From Ramlibacter sp. (lineage in GTDB: Bacteria; Pseudomonadota; Gammaproteobacteria; Burkholderiales; Burkholderiaceae_C), in the NCBI GenBank assembly GCA_028291885.1, contig JAQGNJ010000300.1, forward strand, positions 1 through 61,991: a stretch of 61,991 nucleotides of DNA, given 5' to 3'. Below are positions 33,802-44,379 of this stretch, piece by piece. The first letter of the stretch is position 1. Every line of letters begins with the position of its first letter. The notes under the pieces are model-generated. The model made no database searches. It was not told where the DNA came from and saw only the letters and a program-made list of their open reading frames with translations. A program made the position numbers and the translations under genes.

Positions 33802-34038
33802 CTGTGACTCCCGAGGGGGTGTTTGCTGGGGCCTGCACCTGCGCCGGCCCCGATGGAATGGATCCTCGCTGCCCGGCCGCTGCCCGAGCGTAGGACGGCG
33901 CACCCGCGGCGCTGTCGGAAGGAAGGTGCAGGAGCTGTGATGTTTGGGCCTTCCAGGACGACGGCGCTCGACTGCACAGCACAACAGCGGACGAGCCGCA
34001 GCGCAGCTCGAACAGGGAGGCTCGCAGCGACACGGCCG

Positions 34039-34260
34039 CTACCGCTTGGTCTTCTTGCGGCTGAAGGCTTCGCCACCGCCACTGCCGCCGCCGTCGGCGA
34101 AGTCATGTGGATCGAGGTTGCCGCGCGCCGGCTTCTGCGGCGCCTCGATGATCTCGCTGGCGCTGTTCTCGCCGATGTCGCTGATGGCGGGGACCGAGGT
34201 GGTGGGGCCTTCGCCGGGCTTGGGCGTCCGGGGACGTGTGTCTTCTCGCTGGGTGGCCAT
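34039..34260 (-). CDS. Small hydrophilic hypothetical protein (73 aa)
   Basis: GGAG SD before ATG; MATQREDTRP... Confidence 0.55.
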   Translation of the reverse strand: MATQREDTRPRTPKPGEGPTTSVPAISDIGENSASEIIEAPQKPARGNLDPHDFADGGGSGGGEAFSRKKTKR

Positions 34261-34435
34261 GGCTGCTCCATTTGATGCATGACGAGGATGCGCGCGCGGC
34301 GCCGCAGGCCGCGTCAGCGGCGGACGGGCAACGGTGTCAGCCCGGGGCGGTCCGGCCCGAAGCAGGCGCCGTCCTACACCGGCAACGGGCTGCGCAGGCG
34401 ATAACTGCCCATCCAATGGAAGAAAAGGACTCCCA

Positions 34436-34675
34436 ATGCGCGTGGACATCTATCGCCGACCCGAATCCGAACACAAGCGTTCCTACCTCGTCGTGCCCGA
34501 GGGCCGCGTGATCCCCGAGGAAGCAACCAACATCGACTGGCTCAGCGACAGACGCGGCATCGACCTCAACGAAAACCAGGCCGCGTGGCCCGACCTGGGC
34601 ATCGACGACCCGGAACGGCAGATCGAGGAAAAGGGCTACGCCATCACGGGCGTGCAGCACCAGATCCAGGAATAG
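34436..34675 (+). CDS. Small protein (DUF6139-like)
   Basis: MRVDIYRRPE..SYLVVPEG..IPEEATNIDW..KGYAIT; AAGGA SD. Confidence 0.75.
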   Translation: MRVDIYRRPESEHKRSYLVVPEGRVIPEEATNIDWLSDRRGIDLNENQAAWPDLGIDDPERQIEEKGYAITGVQHQIQE

Positions 34676-34681
34676 CCCGCT

Positions 34682-34933
34682 TCAGCGCTCGCCGGCCTTC
34701 ATGCCGCGGGCGCCTTCCTTGCGCTTCTTCTCGGCCTCGGCCCGGTCCTCGGCCTTTTCCTCAGCCCGCAACTCGCGCTCGCGCGCGAACAGCTCGTGCC
34801 GCGATGCGCGGGAGGCCGCGCCCAGGGGCGGCCTGACCGTCGGCACCATCGGCGGCGTGGGCTCGGGCAGCGTCTGGAGTTGCGCCTGCGCCGTGCCGCC
34901 GGCCAGGGCGAGGATCAGGAATAGCTTGCGCAT
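34682..34933 (-). CDS. Small exported protein
   Basis: Signal peptide MRKLFLILALAGGTAQAQ; charged helical tail. Confidence 0.6.
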   Translation of the reverse strand: MRKLFLILALAGGTAQAQLQTLPEPTPPMVPTVRPPLGAASRASRHELFARERELRAEEKAEDRAEAEKKRKEGARGMKAGER

Positions 34934-35033
34934 GTGAAGGCTCCCGGTCTTTTGATCGCGCCATCGTGCCTCAGCGGCCGCGCTGGTCTTGTAGGCCATT
35001 GGCTGAAAACAAACCGAGCTCGCGGCCCGCGCC

Positions 35034-35756
35034 TCAGCCGTCCAGCTCCGGATAGCGCCTGAAGATGCCCTGCTCGTTGAAAGGGATGCGGCGTTCGCTG
35101 GCAAGGTAGGCGGCGATGCGGCGGTTGCGCTGCACGCCCGCATGCAGCGCCAGCACCAGCGGCGCCTTCTTCGACGCCCGCGCCGCGGCCTTGGGGAAAG
35201 CGTAGCGCAAGCCCTCCACCAGCTGGAACAGCGACAGGTCGGCGTACGACAGCTTGCCGCCGACCAGGTGCGGCACCGCGCGCCCGGCATTTCGCGGATT
35301 GCGCTGCAGGATCGCCTCGAACCAGGCGAGGAACTTCGGCACCCGGTTTTTCAGCAGGTCCTGCGCGCGCCGCTTCGCCTCGGGCTTCTGGCCCTCGTAG
35401 TACAGCGAACTGGCGACCGGATGGTGCGAGTCGTGCACCTCGGTGACAAGGTCCGCGAGGGTGAGCTGGATCTGGTGGGTCCAGACCTGATCGGCCTCAG
35501 CCTTGCCGACCAGGCCCAGGCGCGGACCGAGATACAGCAGGATCGCGGCCGACTGGCCAATCACCCTTTTGCCGTCGACCAGGAAGGGAGGAGCGAACGG
35601 CGGCCGCTGGACAGCGTCGTCGCGCAGGTAATGCTGCATCGCCTTCGCGTCGCCGCGCGCCACGTCCACGTAGGGCACGCCCGCTGCTTCGAGCGCCAGC
35701 CGCACGAATTCGCCGCGGCCCTGGATGGTCGGCCAGTAGTGCAGCTCGTACGGCAT
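35034..35756 (-). CDS. Glutathione S-transferase
   Basis: YWPTIQGRGEFVRLALE, PFAPPFL, GQSAAI, SYADL. Confidence 0.92.
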   Translation of the reverse strand: MPYELHYWPTIQGRGEFVRLALEAAGVPYVDVARGDAKAMQHYLRDDAVQRPPFAPPFLVDGKRVIGQSAAILLYLGPRLGLVGKAEADQVWTHQIQLTLADLVTEVHDSHHPVASSLYYEGQKPEAKRRAQDLLKNRVPKFLAWFEAILQRNPRNAGRAVPHLVGGKLSYADLSLFQLVEGLRYAFPKAAARASKKAPLVLALHAGVQRNRRIAAYLASERRIPFNEQGIFRRYPELDG

Positions 35757-35770
35757 GGCGCGGCCGGCGA

Positions 35771-36307
35771 TCAGCCGTGCTGCTTGTCGTAGTTGGCGAT
35801 GCCGTCCATGATTTCCTTGCGGGCGGAATCGGGGCCTTCCCAGCCGATGATCTTGACCCACTTGCCCGGCTCGAGGTCCTTGTAGTGCTCGAAGAAATGG
35901 GAGATGGTCTTCAGGCGCAGCGGATTGAGGTCTTCGGGCTTTTGCCACTGGGTGTAGATCGCCAGGATCTTGTCCGTGGGCACGGCCAGCACCTTGCCGT
36001 CCATCCCGGCCTCGTCTTCCATCATCAGGATGCCGATCGGGCGGCAGGTCACGACGACTCCGGGGATCAGCGGCACCGGCGTGATCACCAGCACGTCGAC
36101 CGGGTCGCCGTCGCCGCTGATGGTGCGCGGCACGTAGCCGTAGTTGGTCGGGTAATGCATGGACGTGCTCATGAAGCGGTCCACGAAGATGGCGCCCGAT
36201 TCCTTGTCCACCTCGTACTTGACGGGGTCGGCGTTCATCGGGATCTCGATGATCACGTTGAAGGCGTCGGGAACATGCTTGCCGGGGGAGACTTTGTCGA
36301 GGGACAT
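35771..36307 (-). CDS. ppa: Inorganic pyrophosphatase, family I
   Basis: [33 protein letters not shown]. Confidence 0.97.
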   Translation of the reverse strand: MSLDKVSPGKHVPDAFNVIIEIPMNADPVKYEVDKESGAIFVDRFMSTSMHYPTNYGYVPRTISGDGDPVDVLVITPVPLIPGVVVTCRPIGILMMEDEAGMDGKVLAVPTDKILAIYTQWQKPEDLNPLRLKTISHFFEHYKDLEPGKWVKIIGWEGPDSARKEIMDGIANYDKQHG

Positions 36308-36528
36308 GGTTCTTTGGATAGGAAAGTGGAACAGGGGGCCTAGGACTAACCCTGATTTTACTTTCGCGGCCCGCGCTTTCCCGTGGCCGAGGTGCTTCTC
36401 TTTGGGCTTTGCGCTTATATTCCGCCCGTTGGCCAATCGTCTCCGCCCGCTGGGGAGCTACGAGGAAGCAACGCAGCGGGGGCTCCCCAGCGTTGCCCCC
36501 TCCAAGCGAAACAACGGAAGGAGAAACC

Positions 36529-38760
36529 ATGACAGGCAACTCGGCGCTGATACTGGCGCTCGTCTGCGGCTTTGCGGCCGTGGCATACGGATTCTGGGCA
36601 CGCGGCTGGATCCTCGCGCAGGACCCCGGCAATGCGCGGATGCAGGAGATCGCCGCCGCGATCCAGACCGGCGCCGCGGCCTACCTGGCCCGGCAATACA
36701 AGACCATCGCGATCGTCGGCGTCGTGCTGGCGATCCTGATCGGCATCTTCCTCGACCTGCGCACCGCGGTCGGCTTCATCATCGGCGCCGTGCTGTCGGG
36801 CGCCTGCGGCTTCATCGGCATGAACGTCTCGGTGCGGGCCAACGTCCGCACCGCGCAGGCCGCCACGCGCGGCATCGGCCCGGCGCTCGACGTCGCGTTC
36901 CGCGGCGGCGCCATCACCGGCATGCTGGTGGTCGGTCTGGGCCTGCTCGGCGTGACCGGCTTTTACTGGTTCCTGGTCGGCAACGGCAACTACACGCCGG
37001 ACCGGAACCTGGCCCAGCTGCTCAATCCGCTGATCGGCTTCGCCTTCGGCTCCTCGCTGATCTCCATCTTCGCGCGGCTGGGCGGCGGCATCTTCACCAA
37101 GGGCGCCGACGTCGGCGCCGACCTGGTGGGCAAGGTGGAAGCCGGCATTCCCGAGGACGATCCGCGCAATCCGGCGGTGATCGCCGACAACGTGGGCGAC
37201 AACGTCGGCGACTGCGCCGGCATGGCGGCCGACCTGTTCGAAACCTACGCCGTGACGCTGATCGCGACCATGGTGCTGGGCGCGCTGATGATCGGATCGG
37301 CCCCGATCAATGCGGTGCTGTACCCGCTGGCACTGGGCGCCGTCTCGATCATCGCGTCCATCATCGGCTGCTTCTTCGTCAAGGCCAGCCCCGGAATGAC
37401 CAACGTGATGCCGGCCCTGTACCGGGGCCTGGCCGTCGCCGGCGTGCTGTCGCTGATCGCCTTCTACTTCGTCACGACCTGGCTGATGCCGGACAACGCG
37501 GTCACGGCGACCGGCACGCAGATGCGCCTGTTCGGCGCCTGCGCGGTCGGCCTCGTCCTGACCGGCGCGCTGGTCTGGATCACCGAGTACTACACCGGCA
37601 CGCAGTACAAGCCGGTGCGCCACATCGCGCAGGCTTCGACCACCGGCCACGGCACCAACATCATCGCCGGCCTGGGCGTGTCGATGCGCTCCACCGCATG
37701 GCCGGTGGTGTGCGTCTGCATCGCCATCCTCGTGTCGTACCAGCTGGCCGGCCTGTACGGCATCGCCATCGCGGCCACTGCCATGCTGAGCATGGCCGGC
37801 ATCGTGGTGGCGCTGGACGCCTACGGCCCGATCACCGACAACGCCGGCGGCATCGCCGAGATGGCGGACCTGCCCGCCTCCGTGCGCGCCGTCACCGACC
37901 CGCTCGACGCGGTGGGCAACACGACCAAGGCCGTGACCAAGGGCTACGCGATCGGTTCCGCCGGCCTCGCGGCGCTGGTGCTGTTCGCCGACTACACGCA
38001 CAAGCTGGAAAGCTACGGCCAGGCGATCAGCTTCAACCTGAGCGACCCGATGGTGATCGTCGGGCTGTTCATCGGCGGACTGATCCCCTACCTGTTCGGC
38101 GCGATGGCGATGGAAGCGGTCGGCCGCGCGGCGGGCGCCGTGGTGGTGGAGGTGCGCAGGCAATTCCGTGACATCAAGGGCATCATGGAAGGCACGGCCA
38201 AGCCCGACTACGGCACGGCCGTCGACATGCTGACCACGGCGGCGATCAAGGAGATGATCATCCCGTCGCTGCTGCCGGTCGTGGTGCCGATCCTGGTCGG
38301 CCTGATCCTCGGGCCCAAGGCGCTCGGCGGCCTGCTGATGGGAACGATCGTCACCGGCCTGTTCGTCGCGATCTCGATGTGCACCGGCGGCGGCGCCTGG
38401 GACAACGCCAAGAAATACATCGAGGACGGCAACCACGGCGGCAAGGGCTCGGAGGCGCACAAGGCGGCCGTGACCGGCGACACCGTCGGCGATCCCTACA
38501 AGGACACCGCCGGCCCGGCTGTCAACCCGCTGATCAAGATCATCAACATCGTGGCCTTGCTGATCGTGCCGCTGGTGGTGAAATTCCACGGCGGCGAAGC
38601 GAGCGCCGCACCCTCGGCGCCGACGGCTGCCCCCGCAGCGATCAGCGCGCCGGCCGCGACGCCGACAGCGCCCGGCAACATGCCGCCGCCGAACCAGACG
38701 CTGGCTCCGGGCGCACCGGCTGTGCCGACCGGAACCCCCGCTACGGCGCCGGCGCGCTGA
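36529..38760 (+). CDS. hppA: Membrane H+-translocating pyrophosphatase, K+-independent type
   Basis: [36 protein letters not shown] (Lys marks K+-independence), [10 protein letters not shown]. Confidence 0.96.
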   Translation: MTGNSALILALVCGFAAVAYGFWARGWILAQDPGNARMQEIAAAIQTGAAAYLARQYKTIAIVGVVLAILIGIFLDLRTAVGFIIGAVLSGACGFIGMNVSVRANVRTAQAATRGIGPALDVAFRGGAITGMLVVGLGLLGVTGFYWFLVGNGNYTPDRNLAQLLNPLIGFAFGSSLISIFARLGGGIFTKGADVGADLVGKVEAGIPEDDPRNPAVIADNVGDNVGDCAGMAADLFETYAVTLIATMVLGALMIGSAPINAVLYPLALGAVSIIASIIGCFFVKASPGMTNVMPALYRGLAVAGVLSLIAFYFVTTWLMPDNAVTATGTQMRLFGACAVGLVLTGALVWITEYYTGTQYKPVRHIAQASTTGHGTNIIAGLGVSMRSTAWPVVCVCIAILVSYQLAGLYGIAIAATAMLSMAGIVVALDAYGPITDNAGGIAEMADLPASVRAVTDPLDAVGNTTKAVTKGYAIGSAGLAALVLFADYTHKLESYGQAISFNLSDPMVIVGLFIGGLIPYLFGAMAMEAVGRAAGAVVVEVRRQFRDIKGIMEGTAKPDYGTAVDMLTTAAIKEMIIPSLLPVVVPILVGLILGPKALGGLLMGTIVTGLFVAISMCTGGGAWDNAKKYIEDGNHGGKGSEAHKAAVTGDTVGDPYKDTAGPAVNPLIKIINIVALLIVPLVVKFHGGEASAAPSAPTAAPAAISAPAATPTAPGNMPPPNQTLAPGAPAVPTGTPATAPAR

Positions 38761-38775
38761 GCCCGGCGCCGCGAC

Positions 38776-38801
38776 AAGCCCGCTTCGGCGGGCTTTTTTT
38801 T
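38776..38801 (+). terminator. Intrinsic terminator after hppA
   Basis: AAGCCCGC-TTCG-GCGGGCTT followed by a T-tract. Confidence 0.9.
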
Positions 38802-38825
38802 GCTCCGCGAGCGTGCCGTCGGGCG

Positions 38826-39416
38826 CTAGGAGCCGGCCTGCGTCACTGCGCGCACCAGCTGGCCCGCCGGCGCCGCCAGCTCGGCCAACCTGTCCACCTT
38901 GCCCTGCTCGATCGCCTGGAGCACCAGCTCGTTGATGCCGCCGACCACGGCAACCGCCATCTCGCGCGTGAACGGCGTCTTGCGCTTGCCGGCGCCGTTG
39001 ACCACCTCCAGCATGAAGCTGCAGATCTCCTGGTTGACGCGACGCCGGGCGGCGAGTCCTTCGGCGCCCAGGCCGAGGATCTCGATGAACAGCGTGCGCA
39101 GCAGCGCCGGGTTCTGCGCCATGCCGGCCAGATAGGCGGCCAGGGCCTGCTCCACCTGTGTCTGCCAGGGATGGCCGCGGTCGATCGCGCCGCGCAGCAC
39201 CGCCAGTGCGTTGTGGCTTGCCGCCTCGTACAGGGCGATGAAGCATTCCGCCTTGGTCGCGAATTGCTCGTAGAAGGTGCGCCGCGACACGCCCGCCGCG
39301 CCGACGATGTCCGCGATGGTGGTGTCGGCATAGCCCTTGGCCGCGACCGCTTCAGCCATGCCTTCGAGCAGGCGGCTGCGGTGTTGCGCAGGATCGGAGC
39401 GGTCCGGGTCGGCCAA
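38826..39416 (-). CDS. TetR family regulator
   Basis: GYADTTIADIVGAAGVSRRTFYEQFATK; start uncertain. Confidence 0.9.
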   Translation of the reverse strand: MADPDRSDPAQHRSRLLEGMAEAVAAKGYADTTIADIVGAAGVSRRTFYEQFATKAECFIALYEAASHNALAVLRGAIDRGHPWQTQVEQALAAYLAGMAQNPALLRTLFIEILGLGAEGLAARRRVNQEICSFMLEVVNGAGKRKTPFTREMAVAVVGGINELVLQAIEQGKVDRLAELAAPAGQLVRAVTQAGS

Positions 39417-39437
39417 TTTCAGCGGGATCGTGGAGTC

Positions 39438-39493
39438 TGGTACTTGACAGTACCACATCCCGCCCGCATCATGCGGTACCGATTCGTACCGCA
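39438..39493 (+). promoter_or_regulatory. Two GGTAC-N6-GTACC operators overlapping a TTGACA-N17-CATCAT promoter
   Basis: TGGTAC-TTGACA-GTACCA (39438-39455) and TGCGGTAC-CGATTC-GTACCGCA (39472-39493). Confidence 0.8.
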
Positions 39494-39514
39494 GTCCAGC
39501 CCAGGCCCATCCCA

Positions 39515-40333
39515 ATGACCGACCTCGTCGTCCGCCGCCTCCTCATCGATCTCGAAGCACCATTCGAGCGCCACTGGTGCGGCGGCGACGCTTTCCGCAG
39601 CGCGCTGTTCAACGCGCTGTCCATGAGTTTCCCGGTCGGCGAACAGTTCTTCATCGACTCGGTACGCGCCGGCTTCAAGCTGCTGCCGCCCGAGCGGCAG
39701 GACGCGTTCCGCACCGAGGTCCAGGGCTTCATCGGCCAGGAAGCGACCCACCGCCGCCTGCACGCGCTGTTCAACGGCCACCTGGAGAAGCAGGGCCTGG
39801 TCAACGACTGGGGTCCGCGTGCGCAGGAGCGCATGAAGCTGCTGGACGGCCAGGATCCGCGCCACATGCTGGCGATCACCGCGGCGAACGAACATTTCAC
39901 CGCGATCCTGGCGGACTGGATGCTGCGCAACGCCGACCTGCTTGGCAGCACAGACGAGCGGCTGACGACGCTGTGGCTCTGGCACAGCGCCGAGGAGTCC
40001 GAGCACAAGAGCACGGCTTTCGATCTCTACCAGGCCGCCGGCGGCAGCCATGAGTGGCGGATCAAGTGGTTCCGTCGCATCACGCTGATCTTCCTGGGCG
40101 ACACGCTGCGCCAGACCATCGACAACCTGCGGCGCGACGGCACGCTGTGGAAGTGGAGCACCTGGAAAAGCGCGGCGAGTTATCTCTTCGGCAAGCGCGG
40201 CCTGGTGCGGCAGACCATCGGGCCCTGGCGCGATTACAAGCGGCGCGACTTCCATCCGGGCCAGCAAGACAGCACGCCTTCGGTGCGCTGGCTGGCCGAG
40301 CACAGCGACCGCTACGTCCCGGTCGGCGCCTGA
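39515..40333 (+). CDS. Metal-dependent hydrolase (ferritin-like, PF10118-type)
   Basis: FPVGEQFF, QEATH..H, EHFTA, WHSAEESEHK. Confidence 0.9.
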   Translation: MTDLVVRRLLIDLEAPFERHWCGGDAFRSALFNALSMSFPVGEQFFIDSVRAGFKLLPPERQDAFRTEVQGFIGQEATHRRLHALFNGHLEKQGLVNDWGPRAQERMKLLDGQDPRHMLAITAANEHFTAILADWMLRNADLLGSTDERLTTLWLWHSAEESEHKSTAFDLYQAAGGSHEWRIKWFRRITLIFLGDTLRQTIDNLRRDGTLWKWSTWKSAASYLFGKRGLVRQTIGPWRDYKRRDFHPGQQDSTPSVRWLAEHSDRYVPVGA

Positions 40334-40382
40334 GCCCGGAGCGCGGGCCGCCCCGGGAGTCCGGCCGGACTTTTCCGGGAGA

Positions 40383-41825
40383 ATGTCGGCCATGCAGCTC
40401 CACTACATCGCCAATGCATCCCAGGCCTCCTCCGGCGGCCGCACCCTCCCCGTGATCGACCCGTCGGACGGCCAGCCGTTCGACGAACTGCAGCGCGGCA
40501 CGGCCGAAGACATCGACATCGCCGTGCATGCCGCGCGCCAGTGCTACGACGCCGTCTGGTCCAAGCTCAGCGCCGCCGAACGCGGGCGGCTGTTGATGCG
40601 GCTGTCGGCGAAGATCGGCGAGCACGCGGAAGAACTCGCCAATCTCGAACAGCGCGATTGCGGCAAGCCGACCAAACAGGCGAAAGCCGACGCGCTGGCG
40701 CTGGTGCGCTACTTCGAGTTCTACGCCGGCGCCTGCGACAAGCTGCACGGCGACACCATCCCCTACCTGGACGGCTACAGCGTCCTGACCTGGCGCGAAC
40801 CGCACGGCGTCACCGGCCACGTCATCCCCTGGAACTACCCGATGCAGATCTTCGGGCGCAGCGTCGGCGGCGCGCTGGCCGCGGGCAACGTCTGCGTGGT
40901 CAAGCCGTCGGAGGACGCCTGCCTGTCGCTGATCCGCGTCGCGCAGCTTGCGGCGGAGGTCGGCTTTCCGGCCGGCGCGATCAACATCGTCACCGGCTAC
41001 GGCCACGAAGTCGGCGATGCGCTGGCGCGGCATGAAGGCATCGACCACATCAGCTTCACCGGCAGCCCCAAGGTCGGCACGCTGATCCAGCAGGTCGCCG
41101 CCGAACGGCATTGCCCGGTGACGCTGGAGCTGGGCGGCAAGAGCCCGCAGATCGTCTTCGAGGACGCCGACTTGGACGCCGTGCTGCCGATGGTGATCAA
41201 CGCCATCGTGCAGAACGCCGGCCAGACCTGTTCGGCCGGCTCGCGCCTGCTGGTCCAGCAATCGATCTACGAACCGCTGCTCGAGCGCCTCGGCAAGGCC
41301 TTCGAAACACTGCGCGTCGGCCCGGCGGCGATGGACCTGGACGTCGGTCCGCTGATCCGCGCCAGCCAGCAGCAGCGCGTCTGGGATTTCCTCTCGGACG
41401 CCCAGCACGCAGGCGTCGCCATGGTGGCGCAGGGCCAAGTTGTGGACGAGGCGCCGGAGACCGGCTACTACCAGGCGCCGACGCTGCTGCGCGACGTGCC
41501 GGTGGACCATCGGCTGGCGCAGGAAGAAGTGTTCGGCCCGGTGCTGGCGGCGATGAGTTTCCGCGACGAGGACCACGCCGTGCAACTGGCGAACGCAACC
41601 CAGTTCGGCCTCGTGGCCGGCGTCTGGACGCGGGACGGCGCGCGCCAGTTCCGCATGGCAAAGCGCGTCAAGAGCGGCCAGGTCTTCATCAACAACTACG
41701 GCGCCGGCGGCGGCGTGGAGTTGCCCTTCGGCGGCGTCAAGTCGTCCGGCTACGGCCGCGAAAAAGGCTTCGAGGCGCTGTACGGCTTCACCACGCTCAA
41801 GACCGTGGCGATCCGCCACGGCTGA
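40383..41825 (+). CDS. Aldehyde dehydrogenase
   Basis: PWNYP, FTGS, LELGGK, GQTC, EEVFGP. Confidence 0.95.
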   Translation: MSAMQLHYIANASQASSGGRTLPVIDPSDGQPFDELQRGTAEDIDIAVHAARQCYDAVWSKLSAAERGRLLMRLSAKIGEHAEELANLEQRDCGKPTKQAKADALALVRYFEFYAGACDKLHGDTIPYLDGYSVLTWREPHGVTGHVIPWNYPMQIFGRSVGGALAAGNVCVVKPSEDACLSLIRVAQLAAEVGFPAGAINIVTGYGHEVGDALARHEGIDHISFTGSPKVGTLIQQVAAERHCPVTLELGGKSPQIVFEDADLDAVLPMVINAIVQNAGQTCSAGSRLLVQQSIYEPLLERLGKAFETLRVGPAAMDLDVGPLIRASQQQRVWDFLSDAQHAGVAMVAQGQVVDEAPETGYYQAPTLLRDVPVDHRLAQEEVFGPVLAAMSFRDEDHAVQLANATQFGLVAGVWTRDGARQFRMAKRVKSGQVFINNYGAGGGVELPFGGVKSSGYGREKGFEALYGFTTLKTVAIRHG

Positions 41826-41852
41826 CATCAAAATACGATCGAGGAGATTCTC

Positions 41853-42614
41853 ATGCGGGTCCAGGACAAATCCATCATCGTCACCGGTTCCGGCGGCGGC
41901 ATCGGCGAAGGCATCGCGAAGCGGCTGGCGGCCGAAGGCGCAAAGGTCATCGTCAACGACATCAATGCCGCGCTCGGCGAAAAAGTGGTGGCCGAGATCA
42001 AGGCGGCCGGCGGCACGGCGTCCTTCTTCGCGGCCGACGTGACGAAATCGGACGACGTCAAGGCGCTGGTTGCCGCCGCCGTGCAGCGCCACGGCAAGCT
42101 GGACGTGATGGTCAACAACGCCGGCTGGACCCACAGGAACCGTCCTGCGCTGGAGGTGAGCGAGGAGGAGTTCGACAAGTGCTTCGCCGTCAACATGAAG
42201 AGCATCTACCTGTCGACGATCCACGCCGTGCCGGCGTTCCGCGCCAACAAGGGCGGCAGCTTCATCAATATCGCCTCGACCGCCGGCGTGCGTCCTCGCC
42301 CCGGCCTGACCTGGTACAACGGCTCCAAGGGCGCCGTGATCACCACCAGCAAGTCGCTGGCGGCCGAATTCGGCCCGGACAACATCCGCGTCAACTGCAT
42401 CAATCCCGTGTTCAACCCGGACACCGGCCTGTCGGCGGAATTCGCCGGCGGCCCGGTCGACGAGGCCCGCCGCGCCAAGTTCCTGGCGACCATTCCGCTG
42501 GGCCGCTTCTCGACGGCGCTGGACGTGGCCAACGCCACGCTCTACCTGGCGAGCGATGAAGCCGCTTTCATCTCAGGGGTTTGCATCGAGGTCGACGGCG
42601 CCCGCTGCGTCTGA
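41853..42614 (+). CDS. SDR oxidoreductase
   Basis: [17 protein letters not shown]. Confidence 0.95.
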   Translation: MRVQDKSIIVTGSGGGIGEGIAKRLAAEGAKVIVNDINAALGEKVVAEIKAAGGTASFFAADVTKSDDVKALVAAAVQRHGKLDVMVNNAGWTHRNRPALEVSEEEFDKCFAVNMKSIYLSTIHAVPAFRANKGGSFINIASTAGVRPRPGLTWYNGSKGAVITTSKSLAAEFGPDNIRVNCINPVFNPDTGLSAEFAGGPVDEARRAKFLATIPLGRFSTALDVANATLYLASDEAAFISGVCIEVDGARCV

Positions 42615-42630
42615 GCCTGCACAATCGCTT

Positions 42631-43767
42631 ATGGCCGAGCGCGTCATCCCCCTCATCGACCAGCGTGTCGCCGCGCGGGCAGCGGCCGTGCCGGCGCAAG
42701 CGATCGCGGCCGATGGCCTGCTCGTCGACACCCTGGGACGTCCGCTGCGCGACCTGCGCATCAGCGTCACCGACCGATGCAACTTCCGCTGCAGCTACTG
42801 CATGCCCAAGGAGGTGTTCGGCAAGGACTACCCCTACCTTCCGCACACGGACCTGCTCACCTTCGAGGAAATCACGCGGATCGCCAGGCAGTTCGTCGCG
42901 CACGGCGTGCGCAAGATCCGGCTGACGGGCGGCGAACCGCTGCTGCGCAAGAACATCGAGATCCTGATCGAGCAGCTGTCGGCGCTGCGCACGGTCGACG
43001 GCGCCGCGCTGGACCTGACGCTGACGACCAACGGCTCGCTCCTCGAGCGCAAGGCCAGGGCGCTGAAGGCCGCCGGCCTGCAGCGCGTGACGGTCAGCCT
43101 CGACGGCCTGGACGACAGCGTCTTCCGCTCGATGAACGACGTCGACTTTCCGGTCGCCGAGGTGCTCGATGGCATCGCCGCCGCGCGGGAGGCCGGGCTC
43201 GGGCCGATCAAGGTCAACATGGTGGTCAAGCGCGGCACGAACGAGCACGAGATCCTGCCGATGGCGCGCCACTTCCGCGGCACGGGCATCGTGCTGCGGT
43301 TCATCGAATACATGGATGTGGGCGCGACCAACGGCTGGCGCATGAACGAGGTGATGCCCTCCGCCGATGTGGTGAAACACATCCGCTCGGAGCTGCCGCT
43401 GGTGCAGCTGGAACATTCGGCGCGGGGCGAGACCGCCGAGCGCTGGGGCTACGCGGACGCGCAAGGCAAGCACGACGCAGCAGCCGGCGAGATCGGCGTG
43501 ATCAGCAGCGTCACCCAGGCCTTCTGCGGCGACTGCAACCGCGCCCGGCTGTCCACCGAAGGACGGCTCTACCTGTGCCTGTTCGCCACCCAAGGGCACG
43601 ACCTGCGCTCGCTGGTGCGCGGCAACGCGAGCGACGAGCAGCTGGCTTCTGCCATCGGCCACGTCTGGCAGGGCCGCAGCGACCGCTATTCGCAGCTGCG
43701 CAGCAGCATGGCGCCGGACAGCGGCACGGGCGCCCGCCGCGTCGAGATGAGCTACATCGGAGGTTGA
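42631..43767 (+). CDS. moaA: GTP 3',8-cyclase
   Basis: [19 protein letters not shown]-terminal MSYIGG. Confidence 0.97.
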   Translation: MAERVIPLIDQRVAARAAAVPAQAIAADGLLVDTLGRPLRDLRISVTDRCNFRCSYCMPKEVFGKDYPYLPHTDLLTFEEITRIARQFVAHGVRKIRLTGGEPLLRKNIEILIEQLSALRTVDGAALDLTLTTNGSLLERKARALKAAGLQRVTVSLDGLDDSVFRSMNDVDFPVAEVLDGIAAAREAGLGPIKVNMVVKRGTNEHEILPMARHFRGTGIVLRFIEYMDVGATNGWRMNEVMPSADVVKHIRSELPLVQLEHSARGETAERWGYADAQGKHDAAAGEIGVISSVTQAFCGDCNRARLSTEGRLYLCLFATQGHDLRSLVRGNASDEQLASAIGHVWQGRSDRYSQLRSSMAPDSGTGARRVEMSYIGG

Positions 43768-44379
43768 GTGCCTGAATCGTCGGACATCACCGGGCTGGTC
43801 CTGGCAGGCGGGCGCGGCTCGCGCATGGGCGGGGTCGACAAGGGCCTGCAGAACTTCAACGGCATTGCGCTGGCGCTGCACACGCTGATGCGGCTGCAGC
43901 CGCAGGTCGGCGAACTCATGGTCAACGCCAACCGCAACCTGGCGGCCTACGAAGCCTTCGGCGCGCCGGTCTGGCCCGACGTGCTCGCCGACTACGCCGG
44001 GCCGCTCGCCGGTTTCCTCACGGGCCTGGAGCGCTGCGAAACGCAATGGCTGGTCACCGTGCCTTGCGACACGCCGCTGTTTCCGCAGGACCTGGTCGCA
44101 AGGCTGGCCCAGGCGGCAGCCAAGGACGACGCCGAGATCGCCATGGCGGCGGCGCGCGAGGAAGACGGCCAGCTGCGGCCGCAGCCCGTGTTCTGCCTCC
44201 TGCGCGTCGACCTGCTCGAAAGCCTGGTCCGCTTCACGCACGGCGGCGGCCGCAAGATCGACGCCTGGACGGCGCAGCACCGCACCGCGCTCGTGCCCTT
44301 CGATGCGCCGGGTGACGATCCGCGTGCCTTCTTCAACGCCAACACGCTGGCCGAACTGCACCAGCTCGAGCAGCGATGA
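43768..44379 (+). CDS. mobA: Molybdenum cofactor guanylyltransferase
   Basis: [31 protein letters not shown]. Confidence 0.96.
   Translation: MPESSDITGLVLAGGRGSRMGGVDKGLQNFNGIALALHTLMRLQPQVGELMVNANRNLAAYEAFGAPVWPDVLADYAGPLAGFLTGLERCETQWLVTVPCDTPLFPQDLVARLAQAAAKDDAEIAMAAAREEDGQLRPQPVFCLLRVDLLESLVRFTHGGGRKIDAWTAQHRTALVPFDAPGDDPRAFFNANTLAELHQLEQR

Noticed and set aside
36415-39246. Long antisense ORFs (943 aa here; also 49217..52171 and 25626..28004)
   Set aside because: High-GC shadows of hppA, the TonB receptor and ygiQ.
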